A DNA stretch of 64,000 bases from Setoptus koraiensis (Eukaryota; Animalia; Arthropoda), in NCBI GenBank assembly GCA_048013815.1, contig CM106586.1, positions 9,362,001 to 9,426,000 of the forward strand, read 5' to 3'. The notes below the pieces were generated by a model. The model searched no databases and was not told the DNA's origin. It worked only from the letters and a program-made list of their open reading frames with translations. Each line of letters starts with the position of its first letter. The first letter of the stretch is position 1. Shown here in pieces: positions 12,771-27,136 of this stretch. The position numbers and the translations under genes are program-made.

Positions 12771-15700
12771 TGTGATGGAGCACCAATTCGTCGGCTCGCA
12801 CAAATGATAATGATTTAATTATAACTTTTTGGCCAGCTGATTGGCCAGCTGACTGGCCGGCGGACAGCGGCGACGCTGACAGCAACTGTCAAACTAGTGA
12901 CATGGCTGTGTTGTCACATCGTATGACAGCTCTTATGACAATTGTGAGCCCAGCTGATCGCACTGGCCACTTGTGCTCCCAATCCGGCCAGTCTGGCCGG
13001 TGCGCCTCACAGTCTGCTGTCAAACAGCGGCTTTGCCATCGCATTTGCTCGTTGTGCATTGCGTAATATGCGCACTGCAACGGCTTCTGTACCGTGTGGC
13101 AGACAACGGGCTGCAGTTGGCCAAGCGGCAGTAATTAATTATCGTCATTTAGGTTAATTAGAGCGACCGCAATGTGCAATTGTGTTGGCTGTCATTGCCA
13201 GCTCGCTGGCGCAATGCGTTGCGCTTGACCGCCGGCATAATCGGCTCAGCCATGGCCATGCTGCCTTAACAACAACAGTGGTCAGCTTAACCAACTGACC
13301 ACTGGGCACACCACGCGGTTGCATCACACCGTTGCATCATACCGTTATGTCGTACCGTTATGTCGTACCGTTATATTAGACCGTTCGCTGGACCGTTTGT
13401 GGTGGCTGGCCGTGATGCGTGGCCACTTTGGCGTATTACGTAACGGCTGTGCGCATATATGCAAATCATGTTAAAGTGGCCAAATCACAGCCGACACAGC
13501 GCTCTCGGCTTGGCCTTGTTAATAACAAGTTGTTATTATCATTGCATCATATTATTTTTAGTATTATGCCATTTAATTGGCGTAGTGTGTCAACGGCAAC
13601 CGCGTCGGATTATCAATGGATTCAGTGCTGCGATGACATGTGTGCGACATGGGGCGCAAACTGGCGACTCGTTGCCGGCAACTTGTTGGCAACAAGACAA
13701 ACCGATAATCGCTATAAGCACCGATATAAACACTGTGCTGCCTGCTCAACAGACAGATTAATTGACAGAATTAATTGTGACACAATTAATTGTGTCACAA
13801 TTGGCGACACAATTCACCTGTTGTCGGCCGCTGCCCGATGAACGAGCTGGGGGCAATGTCAACAGCACACTGACAAGACACTGCCAACGCACTGTTAAGA
13901 CACGCCGAGCGCAACAATCCCGTCAACGGGTCGTTAACTGTAACGGTCAACGGCGTCGCAGTGCGCCAACCGTTAACCGGAGCAACAGGTGAAAAGTGGC
14001 GCCACATAAAGGGCGACATCAGCGACGACAACAAAGCGCTGCTGCTGCCGCTGCCGCAGCCGCAGCCGCGGCGTATAACGGTCATCGAGCGTCGTTATTA
14101 ACGACTCGTTAAGCCGATCGCTGGCTTGTATGTGGCTTGCAAACAAACAATAATAATGCCAGTTATATGTATATTTGCTATATCTCGCTGCATTTAGACA
14201 CAAGCACACATTCGCAAATACACATACGCAAACACCGATGCGAAGACCCCGATGCAAAGACACAAATGCATAGACACAAATGCCTATACAAATGCCCATA
14301 CACAAATACCTGTGCACAGGTGACCGCAAGCGGCGCCACTGCGGACAGCTAGACACAATTTGGCTTTATTATGAGCCGAATAATTATTATCATGCCATTA
14401 ATTATTGCGTACGCTGCCACTGTCAGTGAGAAGATGCCCAGTAGCCTAGATAGAGGCGGCCCGCATGGCCGCGATATCCACTCGTATCCACGCTGCGTCC
14501 ACTTGTATTTACGCTGCGTCCTATGGTCAGTGCGGCCATTGTTGGTCGGTTTATTAATTAGCCGCCATTATCGGCAATACCAGTTTACAATATAATAGTT
14601 TATAGTTTGCGCCGTCTGGCGACTGCATCAATGCGCCGCATACAGTTATGTAACTTGCCTTGTATGCAGTTATATAACTTGCGTTGTATACTATTATGCA
14701 ATATATAATGTCGGTGTGTCATGTCTTGGCAGCCAGGCCAACAAATATGCAAGCCGACTAACGTGGCCGTTGGCATACAAACATGACAATATAACATCAT
14801 CAATTTATGATGTCATGACTGGCCGCTGGCCGCTGCCAGCCGCCGCTGCCAACACAAACAACGCGCTGCCTCTACCTGTCCGCTCTGTCCACTGTGCTGG
14901 CTGTGCTGCCAGTGTCCACCTGTTGGCCGTGTCCAGCGCGTTGGTTGTGTCCACTGAGTGGACTGCACTGTGAGTGAGTGTGCCAGACAGCGCAACGGCG
15001 TTGCGTAACGCCGCTACCATCTAACGGTCAGACGGCTATTTGTGGCTGGCACAGGTAACCTGTGACAGCTTGCCAAGTGGTCGAACGTCGCTAATAATAT
15101 TTGCTTGTCGCAGCGACACACATTGCGGCGTCGACTTTTTGTTTGCAGCAAACAGCGAACAGCAAACAAAAAGAAGAAACTTTCCTCGAGAAAGTGAATG
15201 TTGCCGCAGCTCGGCAACGGCCGCGCAGCAGCGCTCCAGTTGCGCGCACAGTTGCGTCAGTTGACCAGTTCAGTCACTGGTCAGTTCAGTCACTGGTCAG
15301 TCACTTCGGACGCTGGCCAGTTCGAGCGATGGCCAGTTCGAGCGATGGCCAGTTCGAGCGATGGCCAGTCAAAACGCTGACCAGTGATAGATAGTCGGCG
15401 GATATTTTTCGAGGAATCGGTGCCAAGAGAGCGCTTATATGCACACATGCATACATTATATTATGTTATGCATGTTGTGCCCTTTTCAGCAAATAACTCT
15501 CGCACTAACAGCGGATGCGGCCGGACTTTTGCCTGACGACTTCTGCGGCCCATAACTTATACGCGCCTGAAATGAATAGGCGCGAATAGGCAAACAAGCG
15601 AAATAAACAAGCTATCCACGCATGAACTCGCGCATGATCCCACCGAAACATGAGCTGCATATCGACGAGCGGAAAGTCTCGTCATGCTATCATCGGATAG

Positions 15701-18426
15701 GCGACTTTGCGACTGGGCCACCACAAGGTATTCATATTCAGCCGGCGAGACGACATGAATATGAATACCGTGAATGTATTCATGTTGAGCCGGCGCCAAA
15801 TGAGCCGATGAGTTGGACGACAGTGGCCGTTGGCGAGAGTTGGAGTTAATGTAATCAGTGTTAATTAAGCGAAGGACGCGACTGAGCGGCGCAGCACAGC
15901 AACAAGTTCACCTGGGCTGTCTTGCCATGGCCGAGTGCTAGCTGGAATCCAGCGGCTGGATATTCACGGATATCACTTGCGCGTGAGCACATGTGATTCA
16001 CACTCGGATGTATCATGCAGCGGGATATGTGAGCGCAGGTGAGCACAGGTGAGCTCAGATGGGCTCAGGTGAGCACAGGTGAGCACAGAGGGGCACAGGT
16101 GAGGAGCATATGTGAGCGCTGCTTGCCAGAGATCGCGCCGGCGAGATAGCGGAATAACGGAATTGCGTTATTTCGCTGGCTGGCTGGCTGGCCGGCGACG
16201 ATGCAGCCACAGCCACACATTGGCGCTGGCGGCTTCCGGCGCGCTCATCGCTGATTAGTGGCGAGCCTCTGACAAGTTGCGATTGTGTGTGTGTGTGTGT
16301 GTGGCAACTAACGGCACAACACTCGAGACAAGTGCAACAGGTACACCTACCAACGGTACAGTTGCGCCGAGAGAGCGGCAACAGGTTGCAGCAAACAGGC
16401 GAGCAAACAAACAAACAAACAAACAAACAAACAAACGAACGAACGAACGAACAAACAAACAAACAGGTGAACAGTTGATACAGGTAGCAGCGATCAATAT
16501 CATGTGTCAATGGTAGGCCCAATGGTTAACTGGAGCTCGCCATGTCGAGCTCGCCATGTCGAGCTTGCCATGAGACCACCGCATCGATGGCGCCATTGTG
16601 AGCCAGGTGAGCCAGGTGAGCCGGGCGAGCAGCCGGGCAGACAGGTGAGACAACAGGTGAGCTGCGAAGGGGTCGGTTGTGAGCCAATTAGAGCCATTGA
16701 CAGAAGCGCCAATGGCTTGCCGCTATCTAATCGGCCCATCAGGCTATCGATTGTGTTTGTTGCCTGTTGGGCTGTTTGCCATCTCAAATCCACTGTTGGC
16801 TTTCACTGCACACGCTGCCTGTGAGTTGCGCAACGCAACCGCCGCGGCCAGCTAACGGAACTCACCTGTCGCTGTCTCAATATGGTTGCTCGCTGCAGTC
16901 GCTAATAAGTAACCACTGGCAACTAGTGCCGCATTGTGTGCCTTAAATCAGCGCTGCGTCACATATCATCATCGAGCGAGATGTTGCGCTCACTTCACAG
17001 CTAACTTATACCGTTATTCGCCATGAACACATGACGCAATAGCGACACTCAATGAGCTTGCCACTACTGTCACTACTGTCACTACTGTCACTACTGTCAC
17101 TACTGCGATACGTTACGTAAGACGATATGTAGCAGTTGTCTAATGGGATTATCACGGCTCAATCAGGCAACGCCGCGCAGTCAACCTGTCGCGCCAACGA
17201 CACTCGCAGTGACAAGACAGCGGCCCTTTGACAGCGCCAACAACAACAGCAACAGCAGCAACAACAACAGCAACAGCAACGAGAGCAACCTGCATCGATG
17301 TCGGATTGCCTTGATAAACAAACAAACATCATTAGCGTTCGTCGATTTCTCTCAATTCATTTCTGTTCGTTACGTCGAGCCGAGCCAAACCTCGTCGTTA
17401 TTGGCTGCGTCGATGCAGGTACCGTTAGTGCCGATCGTCGTCGGCGTCGCCGGCGTGTAATTTGTAGCAACAAGTATCTTATTATTATATTATACCGCGG
17501 TATTGTTGCGCGACAATGACGGAAACAGACCGACAGTCCGATTGGACGAAATCGAGACTCCATTATCGACAATTGAATCGCGCTCTGTGCTGCGCGCAAT
17601 CTGTGCCCTTATCATTCTGCGCCTCTTGGATGCCCGCTAGTCATAGCGTTCACAACGCTCACAGAGGCTTTGCCCGGCACATGTGCGTTGGCGCGGCGAA
17701 AAAACAAATGTTGTTTGCGCAGCATTTGGTCGCTTCTTTGCGACGCAATGTTGCTCGACGAAGAGGCGAGCTAGAAGCTCGAAGCTGAAAAGCTCGACAG
17801 AGTATCAAAGAGTACCTATCAAAGGAGTGATTTGTGAGCGACAGTGTTTGACGACATCGAGTGGCCGTTCGACAGGCCGTGCCTAACGGTGTCACAGCGA
17901 GCAATTTCTTTTTTGCGAATTCTTTCTTTTGGGAGGGCCGGCGGGCGCGAATTGGGGGGCGGGGGGGGGCACTGGTTGCATTGTTGCGCAACGTTTGTGC
18001 GGTGCGGTGCGATGCGATGCGCGCTAAACGAAAGCGACTCGATTATTTATATTGTCGATTTGCGCATCATGTTCGGCGCGGTCAATAATGATGATCGCGC
18101 AACATTGCACAACAACAACAACAACAACAACAACAACATTACATAACAACAACAATATTACATAACAATAATATTACACAATAACAATATTACATGACAA
18201 TAATACATTACGTAACAATACTGCGCACAACGATACGAGACAAGACGACTGGCCAGTTTGGGGCGTGCGCACAGGTAATGGCAAACAAATGAGCGCTGTT
18301 AGCGGGCCGATAATCAACTTTTGTTTGTTGTCGGCTCGCATGTGATGCCTATGATGCAGCACAAACCCGAGCGGCCGTTCGCGCCGATCGGACAATGGCG
18401 CAATGGCGCATTGTTGCCTTTGCTGT

Positions 18427-18458
<32 letters not shown>

Positions 18459-21400
18459 TTGTTGTTGCTGCCGTCGAGCAGTGATTGAGTTGCCAATGCC
18501 GCCATTAGCGGCGATTGGTCGCTATGGCAAGCGCCGTGTCGAGCCTGCCACAGCCAGCAGCGGTCAGCAGCGGCCGGCAGCGGCCGGCAAGCACTCGCTA
18601 GCGCGGCTAACGAGCGGCCCGAGCTCGGCGCCGAACAGCGCCGAACGGCAGCAACAGGTTTGCGTCAAAACGAGCCCGATTAAGCGACAGTGATTAGGCG
18701 CGTCTTGGCGGGCCGGCCCGACAATAAGTTGGTATCGTCATGATAACTCATTACGATAAGTAAAGTCATGATAAGTAAATAGCGCTCAATTAGAGGCTTC
18801 TGTCGCTGACGCAACAAGTGCTATTATGCCGTGTTCAGTGTTATTATTAGCCGCTGCACAAGTGGCGCCATTAGCGCTCATTGTTACTGATTGTTTAAAC
18901 ATGCCCCTGCCGCCGAATCAGTCAGGTCCGAATCAGTCAGGTCCGAATTAGTCAAGTCGCAATTGGTCAAGTGAGCTAGCCGTAAACTGCCTCAGCTCAC
19001 CTGACTCACCTGTGCCGTGCGCTGTCCGCCCACCACCGGAAGAGGGCGCGCGCGCTGCAAGTTTATATATACAGTTTGTATATACAGTTTGTGTATACAG
19101 TTTGTGTGTGCAGTTTGTGTATGCGCAAGCTTACAATCGCCTCATAAACTTAACTGAATTTTTTGACTTGACTTTTTCATTTTTGCCCTGGCAACATTTA
19201 ATTATTTGAGTATGTTGGCATTATCCGCTGTCGTAATCCGTCGATACAATTGTCGCTCGAAGCGACCATCCCCGGCCAACGGGACGAGCCAAGCGGCGAC
19301 AAATGGCCCGCGCGCCCAGCTGACCGGACAAGCGGACCGGGCGGACAGGCGGACAGGCGGACGAGCGGACAGGCGGACGGGCGCACAAGCGGACGAGCGG
19401 ACAGGCGGACGGGCGCACAAGCGGCAAAAAGCAACCAACAAGCGGCCGGTGACGCGATCATGATTATCCAATGTGTACTTATCGAGCGCGACGACATCCG
19501 CGTCGACAGCTGGCGAGCTGGGTCCACTTCCGGCTGGCACAACTGTTTACAGCTTACGCTGGCCAGCACACACACACGCCAACACTGGCTAACTAAGACA
19601 AAACAGGGCCAGCGTCAAACATAACTGTTGCATAACTCTTACATGACTCTCACACAGCAGCGCTACGTAACAGCGCCGCACAACAGCGTCACACAAAAAC
19701 CTAACACAACAACGTTGCGCAACAACGTTACATAACAACCTTGTTATGCAGCCGAGAGTGAGAGTGGCCGCAACACAAAGGATACATTTTTGCTACTGTG
19801 CTGTGTCCGCTTGCGGTCAGCTGTGCCGCTCACCTGGTCTCACCTGGTCGGCGCTGGTCGGCGCTGGTCGGCGCTGGTCAGCACTGGTCAGCACTGGTCA
19901 GCACTGGTCAGTGTTGCCTAGCTTGCCAACAGGCAACACAAAAGCCGCGGCGTATTGAGCCGTGTTTTTATTGTTTGCATTGTCGGCGCCAACGGGCCGG
20001 CTACCTGTTGATGTGGTTGCCGCTCATTTGTTTAATCTAATATGTCTATTGTTGCGCTCGTTGTGTCTGTTTGCCGTGCTTGTGTGTCTGTCTCGGCACA
20101 GTCAGCGCAATTTGCCATCCACAATTTGCTATTTACAATTTGTTATTTACAATTTGTTATTTGTTGTTGCTGTTGTTGTTGTCGTTGTTGCTGTCGTTGT
20201 TGTTGCTGCTGCTGTTTGTTGGTTGTTGTGCGGCTGGCGAGCTCGCGAGCGGCATTGTCATGTCGTTGTTAGCTGCTAACAACACTAACAAGTGGCCACT
20301 AACAAGCGCTTCTCGTGCACTTGTGCCGTCGATGCTTCGGTCGCCTCCATCGGCTTCTGTCCGGCTGTTGCGGCTGTCGTCGTCGTCGTCGTCGTCGTTG
20401 TTGTTGTTGTTGTTGTCGTCGTTGTTGTTGTTGTTGTCGTCGTTGTTGTTGTTGCCGTGCCGCCGCCGCCACTTAACATATTATGTAATGTTGCGTAATC
20501 ACGACACGACAACGTTGCACTGCAGTGTGCAGTTGGCATTATTAGCGCCACTATTGGCCGTAGCGCAACTGCTGCCGGCTGCCCGTTGGCCGGCTGCTGC
20601 TAATGAGCGCCGCTCATCATGACACGGCACGGAAACTGTCGCTACTGTCCGCTTGCGCAACCACCGTTAGCTAATGCCACCGTTATTCGGCACAGCAACA
20701 TGCAGTTGTGACGCAACGTTCAGTTGTGATGCAACGTCCAGTTGTTCGTGTTGGCCGCACAACAGGCTGCTTTTGTTGCCGGCGAGCAATTGTCAGATTG
20801 GCTCATACACACACACACACACACACTGTACATAACGTTACATTACGTAAGACGACACAATCAGGCGATGACAAACTTGTACGGCATGATGACGCAACCA
20901 GCATCGCAGCTCGGACATATCGACTCTAATAGAATCCAATCTAATAATACCCGACTACCGTCAAACCATACAAACTGGCTTTCCGCTGGCCGGCGAGTCG
21001 CCGACGCATCGGCAGCATCACTGTCACGGCGTTGCTCGCTTCGTCGTCGGGCCGGCCGCCTCATTGGTCGTCGGGCCGGCCGCCTCATTGGTCGCCGGGC
21101 CGGCGCGCGAAACGTCGGACCGGCGACCGGCAAGACGCATCCCGTGGGACCATCATCTGGTCGCTTCGGCCGAAACCGGCCCATTCTGAGGCGCTGTCCG
21201 GCGCTCCCGGCGGCCGCTCCAGCGGCCACAGCTCACCTGTCGGCGTTGTTGATGCGATGGCGGCGTTGCTGTTGTCGCAACTGGCGTTGTTGTTGTTGCG
21301 GCTGCGACCGTTTTCACTTGCACACTGCCGGTTGTAGTATGATACATGATGTAATATTTGCTGCGATATCGCCATGATTGGCGCCACAGTCGGCGGCTGT

Positions 21401-24216
21401 TGCCGGCTTGTTTTGTCCATTGTTTCGTCCGACGATCGAAGTGTTGTTTTCATTCAATTTTCTGTCTCAGCGACACAATACAACATTGTTGCGCTAATCA
21501 ACGTTGCACCGATCAACAAGTTGCAACTTGCCACCGCCGATTGTTGGCCGCAACTCGCCTGCGATTGTTGGCCGCAACTTGCCGGACTTTGCTGGCACAG
21601 GATCGAAAGGATCCCATCAGGACGTGCACTTGTCAGAGTTATTCCAGTTGGCACCGCAAGGGCAAGGCGTGGTGACGCAACACTAAGAAAGAACAAAGCA
21701 AAGCTGGTTACGTAATACGTAATCTGTCGGCTTTACTGGGCGCCTTATCGGATCAATCAATGCGCGTCGTCGGCGTCGGGCGAGAGCGCGCGCGCTGTCC
21801 GACGCTCGCCCGTCACAACCGGCCCGCCAATGCATCGAGCGCCGTCGTCTGGCCAGCACATACTGCACTACATACTGCACTACATACTGCATATATAATG
21901 TACCGTATACGTTGTATACGTGTGTCGCTGGTAGGTCAGCCAGCTTGTTGCGCAACTTCCGGCGCCGCCACTCGCACTGCCGGCCATCGTACGGACGGTT
22001 ACATAATATATATATAATATTACATGCTGGCCAGCTGCTCTCGCTCGGCGGCCGATCGGTAGCAAGCGGAGGGCTTAATCAACGACAACTGCTGTTGTTG
22101 TTGTTGTTGCTGCTGTTGCCGTTGTTGCTACTGGACGGTGGTTGGCGTTGTTGTGGCCGATCGACTGGACAAAGATCGATCGGATTGAGCGAGAGTGCGG
22201 CGCAAGAGCGATCATGATGAAAATAAAATGAAAAACAAAAATGACGATAATAATGACGATAATATTGATATCAAATGAGCGCGAGAGTGCCGATCGCACG
22301 ATCGTGATCAGCGGCTAATCACCATCGTGCCCGGATCTCGTTGCCATGGCTACCCGGCAGCTCGGCTACTTTGCCACTTGGTTTGCCGGCCGGCCGGCTG
22401 TCCGGCTGTCCGGCTGGCTGGCCGCAGCGTTGCGTTGAACGCAACACCAGGATGCGGGACCGAGAAACGCGGCCGTCGCCACTCAATTAGCCGCTCGGAT
22501 GGCCGCTCGCCGCTCGCTCTCATGGCTTCCGACGAGCGCTCGAAATTGATAGCTCGGAATCGACGACGCCGATTCAATTCGCGAATCACACAACAGCAAC
22601 GACAGCAACAACAACAACAACAACAACGACAACAGCAACAACAATGAGATTACTGTTCGCGGCGAATGAATTAATCAAAGTCATGACGACTCCGGCCGCA
22701 ATCAATTCAATGCCAGCCGCTCGCCGGCCCCCCATCCATCAATGCGCGATTTTGCGCCGGTTCGGCGGACTTGCGCCGACGGTCAACTGGCGACTTTCGA
22801 GCCGCAACATGCAATTGCTACCGTGATAGGCTATCCACTCTAGTGATAGCGCCATCGTGACGGTGCGGCCATTTTCGAAAGTGGCGCCCGGGCACCGACG
22901 CTCTCAAGCACGCCGGCCGTCGGTGCTTGAGAGGGGGCGCCACTTTCCGGACGCTGTGGCGAGCGAGCCGTCAGATGTGATACTTAATGGGCAGCATTAA
23001 TTATGGCCAATATGGCCGAATTGGAATTAATTCAACTGTGCCGTCTCGGCCGGCCGTCGCTATTATGTCGGCCGGCGTCGCAAGCGTGTCGGCCGCGGGT
23101 TCCGATGCCCGCAAGTGCATTAGCGTGTCCGGTCGGCGGACAGAGCCGGCGGCTTGCGAGCGGCCGGCAACTCGGAGCGGCAGCAAGTCGGCGGCAACCG
23201 AGAGCGGGTAGAAATTAATTGAGTCACTTGCACTGATGCGGCCGTCGGTCGGCCCGCTGCGTACTTGCGTCTGAGCAAAGTGTCGCTAGGCAACCACTTG
23301 CCGGCGGAAGAGCTGCCAGCGCATAACGGTCGATCGGCGGCGACGACGACAACAGCAACGACAACAACAGCAAAGCCAACAACAACGACAACGACGACGA
23401 CGACGACGACGACAACAGGTAGCCGAAAATGCGCTGTCAGAGCGGCAAAAGTGGACAGACTGGTCGAGCGCTGGCGAGCCGACGGCCGTTGCAAATTTGC
23501 TATTGGCCACTTGCTCGTCTTGCTTCGGCACGGTTTGTCGGCCTGCCAGCCGGTTGCTCGAGCGGGCGATGTGCGCGAGAGGGCGCCCGACGATGCGCCC
23601 GTCAGCCGGTCACTGTTTGGCCACTGGTCAGTGTCCAGTCAGTGTCCGGCGCCGAACAGTAAGCAAACAGTGAGCAAATGGCCAGTGATGCTGCCCTAAT
23701 GCGCGGCCGGCCAAACTGACAGACGGACGCTGCAACTGACAGACGCATATTGTGTACATGTTACATAATATGTGTATATGTATAAATTTATATGTATGAT
23801 GATGATGGCATAATGAAAATGATAATGGCGATAAATGGAGAGCGCGCTCAATCGACGCCAACAGTAAATTGACAGCAACAGTCAATTGACGGCAACAGTC
23901 AATTGACGGCAACAGGTAGACCACACAACAACACGGGCCCAGCGAGACAGCGAGACGCAATTATGAGCGGTCGGTCGGCGGGTAATGAGCGCCGCGAATT
24001 AGCCGCGGCCGCAGCCGCACCAAAGCTGCCCACTGACAAACTCACAGCGTAGCGCGGCTACGGTGAGTTTGTTGCGTAATGGGCCAATATTAACACACAC
24101 ACACACCGAATGTAAATGCAATAATAATAAATGAGCCAGCGGGACCGGCTGTCAGACGGTGGTGCGCGCTTGCGCCAACCGGAACTAACGGGCTGCGCAA
24201 GCACACCGACAGCATC

Positions 24217-24250
<34 letters not shown>

Positions 24251-27042
24251 GCGGCAGCACTGTCAGCCGGCAACGGTTGCCACTCAGCTGGCCAGCACTG
24301 ACAGCCACTGACAGCCACTGACAGTGGTCAGTCACACAAGTTGTGAGTCACAACTGACAGCATCGCCATTATTTACGTTATTGATTGCCGGCAGTAAAGC
24401 ACACACAGTGATGATATGATCAGCTGATAATTGTTGTTATCACAATCGAAGGTATTGATTTGATTTTGCGTGTTACGCAACACACTTGTTGGGCCAACTG
24501 CGGCGCGCAATTGCCGCCATCATCAATCCTTTGTTGCTGTGCGCTTGTTGTTGCTGTCGGCATGTCGTTGCTGTTGGCCGGCGGTTGCTGTTGTTGGCCG
24601 GTTGTTGTTGTTGGCTCGCTCTTTTTGGGCAAACTCGGCCGACAAACAGATATCGGGTTCGGTGTGTCGATCGGCCGACCAGCAGAGCACGCTAAGCCGC
24701 CGACACAGCCATCGAGTGCCGAGCGCGGCCGCCCGATCTCTGCGGCGTCCCGATCGGCGGCCCAAAACTCGAGCTCGAGCTCCATTTCCGCCACTGACCA
24801 CTGGTCAATTTGTTGTTGTGCGCTCGCATTCAATTGAGCGGCCAAAATTCGTGCCGTATCCTGGCAACGGCGACGTTATTTGAGCGCGCACTGGCAAACT
24901 TTGCTCCGACTCAGCTCATCACGAACTGTTGTTGCCGCTGTCGTTGTTGTTGTTGCTTTGGCCGCTGTCGTTGTTGTTGTTGCTTTGGCCGCTGTTGTCG
25001 CTGTTGCCGGCCAATTGGGCTCAACAGGGCACGCATACTCTCAGAGTATTGCTCGGCACAACATGCGCAATCTATTATGTGCCGATATGCCGTCGAGTTT
25101 CGCTGGTCGGTTGTGCGCTTGTGGTCGGCTGTTGTCGTAATCAAATGAAAAGCTGCCCGCCAAGGTGCGCGCGCTCTGTCGGCGACCGGCCGAGCCGCGC
25201 CGGCGCCGAGCGACAGTTGGACAGGCCAAGGATATGGCCGCGCTGAGCGGCGAGCGGCAAAAACTTTTCTTCGCGGCCGCCTGAGCTCGGCGAGCAAAAG
25301 TCCGTCGGTCCGTCGGTCCGTCGGTCTGTCGGCCCGCCGACCGGCCGGCCATCGGCCAATCAAGTGCGACTGTCCGAAGAGCGGCCCAGACGCTCTTTTA
25401 TCATCGAATTGATCGATTCCTCGCAACAACAACAACTTACAAACTACTTGTTGTTGTCTTGCGTTATTATCATTTGTGTTGCCGTTGTTGTCGCTGGTGT
25501 TGTTGTCGTTGTTGTCGCTGTTGTTGTTGTCGTTGTTTTCGCTGTTGTTGTTGTCGCTGCTGTTGCTGTCGTTGGCTTCGCCATTGCCGTTGTCGTTGTC
25601 GTTGTCGTTGTTGTTGTTGTTGTTGTTGGGCCATGTTAATAAGTTTCGTGACGACGGCCAAAAGAAGAAGAGTCGACCTGTGTGCGTGTGTGTCGGCCTG
25701 TCATCTGGTTGTTTGACGGCTGACTTTATATTTGACTCGACTGTCAGTGTGTTGCGCAACACACTGACAGTCGCACCAGCAACAACAACAACAACACACA
25801 CTGATGCAACAGCGCCGTTGCCGTGTGCTAGCCGCGTATGCAAATCGATGAGAAACAGCCACAGTGCACAGGTAATAACGGACAGTCAACAGGTATTAAC
25901 TGGCCGACCATTGCGACAGGTGCAAGCGAGAGTGACGCTCGGACCAAACAGTTTGGCGCCCAGAAACGACGTCTATTCAATTAGCGGCCTCGCTTTCGGG
26001 TCGGCGTTCGGTTCGGCGCTCGGTTCGGCGCTCGGTTCGGCGTTCGGTTGGCCAGCTCGGCCGGTTCGGCTAACTGGGCACGAACACGAACCACGACACG
26101 ACAGCGCCAACAACAACGACGACGACGACAATAATGACTGACAACAACATGACATTAGATAGCATCTAATTGCGCCAAGCCAATCAATCGTTTGTTGTCA
26201 TTTGCATACCTGAGCCGGCTTCCACTGCAACCCTATCGCTGCACGCGAGCGCCGTTGCAATATACTACAAACATACAACAAATACTACAAACGCTACAAA
26301 TAATATTACGAATACAGCTAATACGGCAAATACAAATAATGCTACAAATAATGTAAAGTGCACTTGTATACAAAATTGTTGTTGCGTCATGCGTTCGGGC
26401 GGCCGGCCGGCAAGCGCATGCCGCGGCCGCGGCCGCGGCCGCTAGACCGACTGTGTAACGGGCTAAACGGGACATAAACGGGACATAAACACATGCGTTT
26501 ATTGCGCGAATCGCCGGCCAGTTGAGCGGCCCGGCGATGTGGCCATTAATCTGGCGGATTTCGCTGACAAACTGGCAGCATTAATGGCGGCCACTTTGTT
26601 CTGATTTGGCCGGTTTAATTACCGCCATTAGGGCGCCATTGAGTTTTTTCGAGTGAGCTCATCATTCAAGCAGTTTATTTCAATGAGTGTATCCATCGAC
26701 CAATCCGATTTGGATCGGTCTGCACTGCAGCGCTCTGCAACGTCGGCCGGCCCGATGATGACCGGACGGCCGCGCTGACCGGCAGCCGACGGAGGCTCGC
26801 CGGTTCATTATTACCTATTATTGCAGCCCATTGCTGTTGTTGCGCAATAAAGCGCCCATCGTCGACAGCGATACAGCGGCGGCGGTCAGCGGTCGGTGGT
26901 CAGCGGCCACGATGATGCTGCCACCGTGCGTCCAATTGTATGCAAATTGATAGTGGAAATAACGAAATTACGGCCAATTGTTGGTCGGCCGGCTAGGCAC
27001 ACACACACACACAAGCGACCAGTTATCGCCGATAACTATATT

Positions 27043-27136
27043 GGCTAGATTGGCTAGATTGGCTAGACTGGCCGGACTGGCCGGACTGGCCGGACTGGCC
27101 GGACTGGCCGGATTGGCCGGATTGGCCGGACTGGCA
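27043..27136. repeat. 9-bp unit array TTGGCTAGA grading into CTGGCCGGA, about 10 copies
   Basis: Direct inspection. Stepwise unit change suggests serial slippage. Confidence 0.9.
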
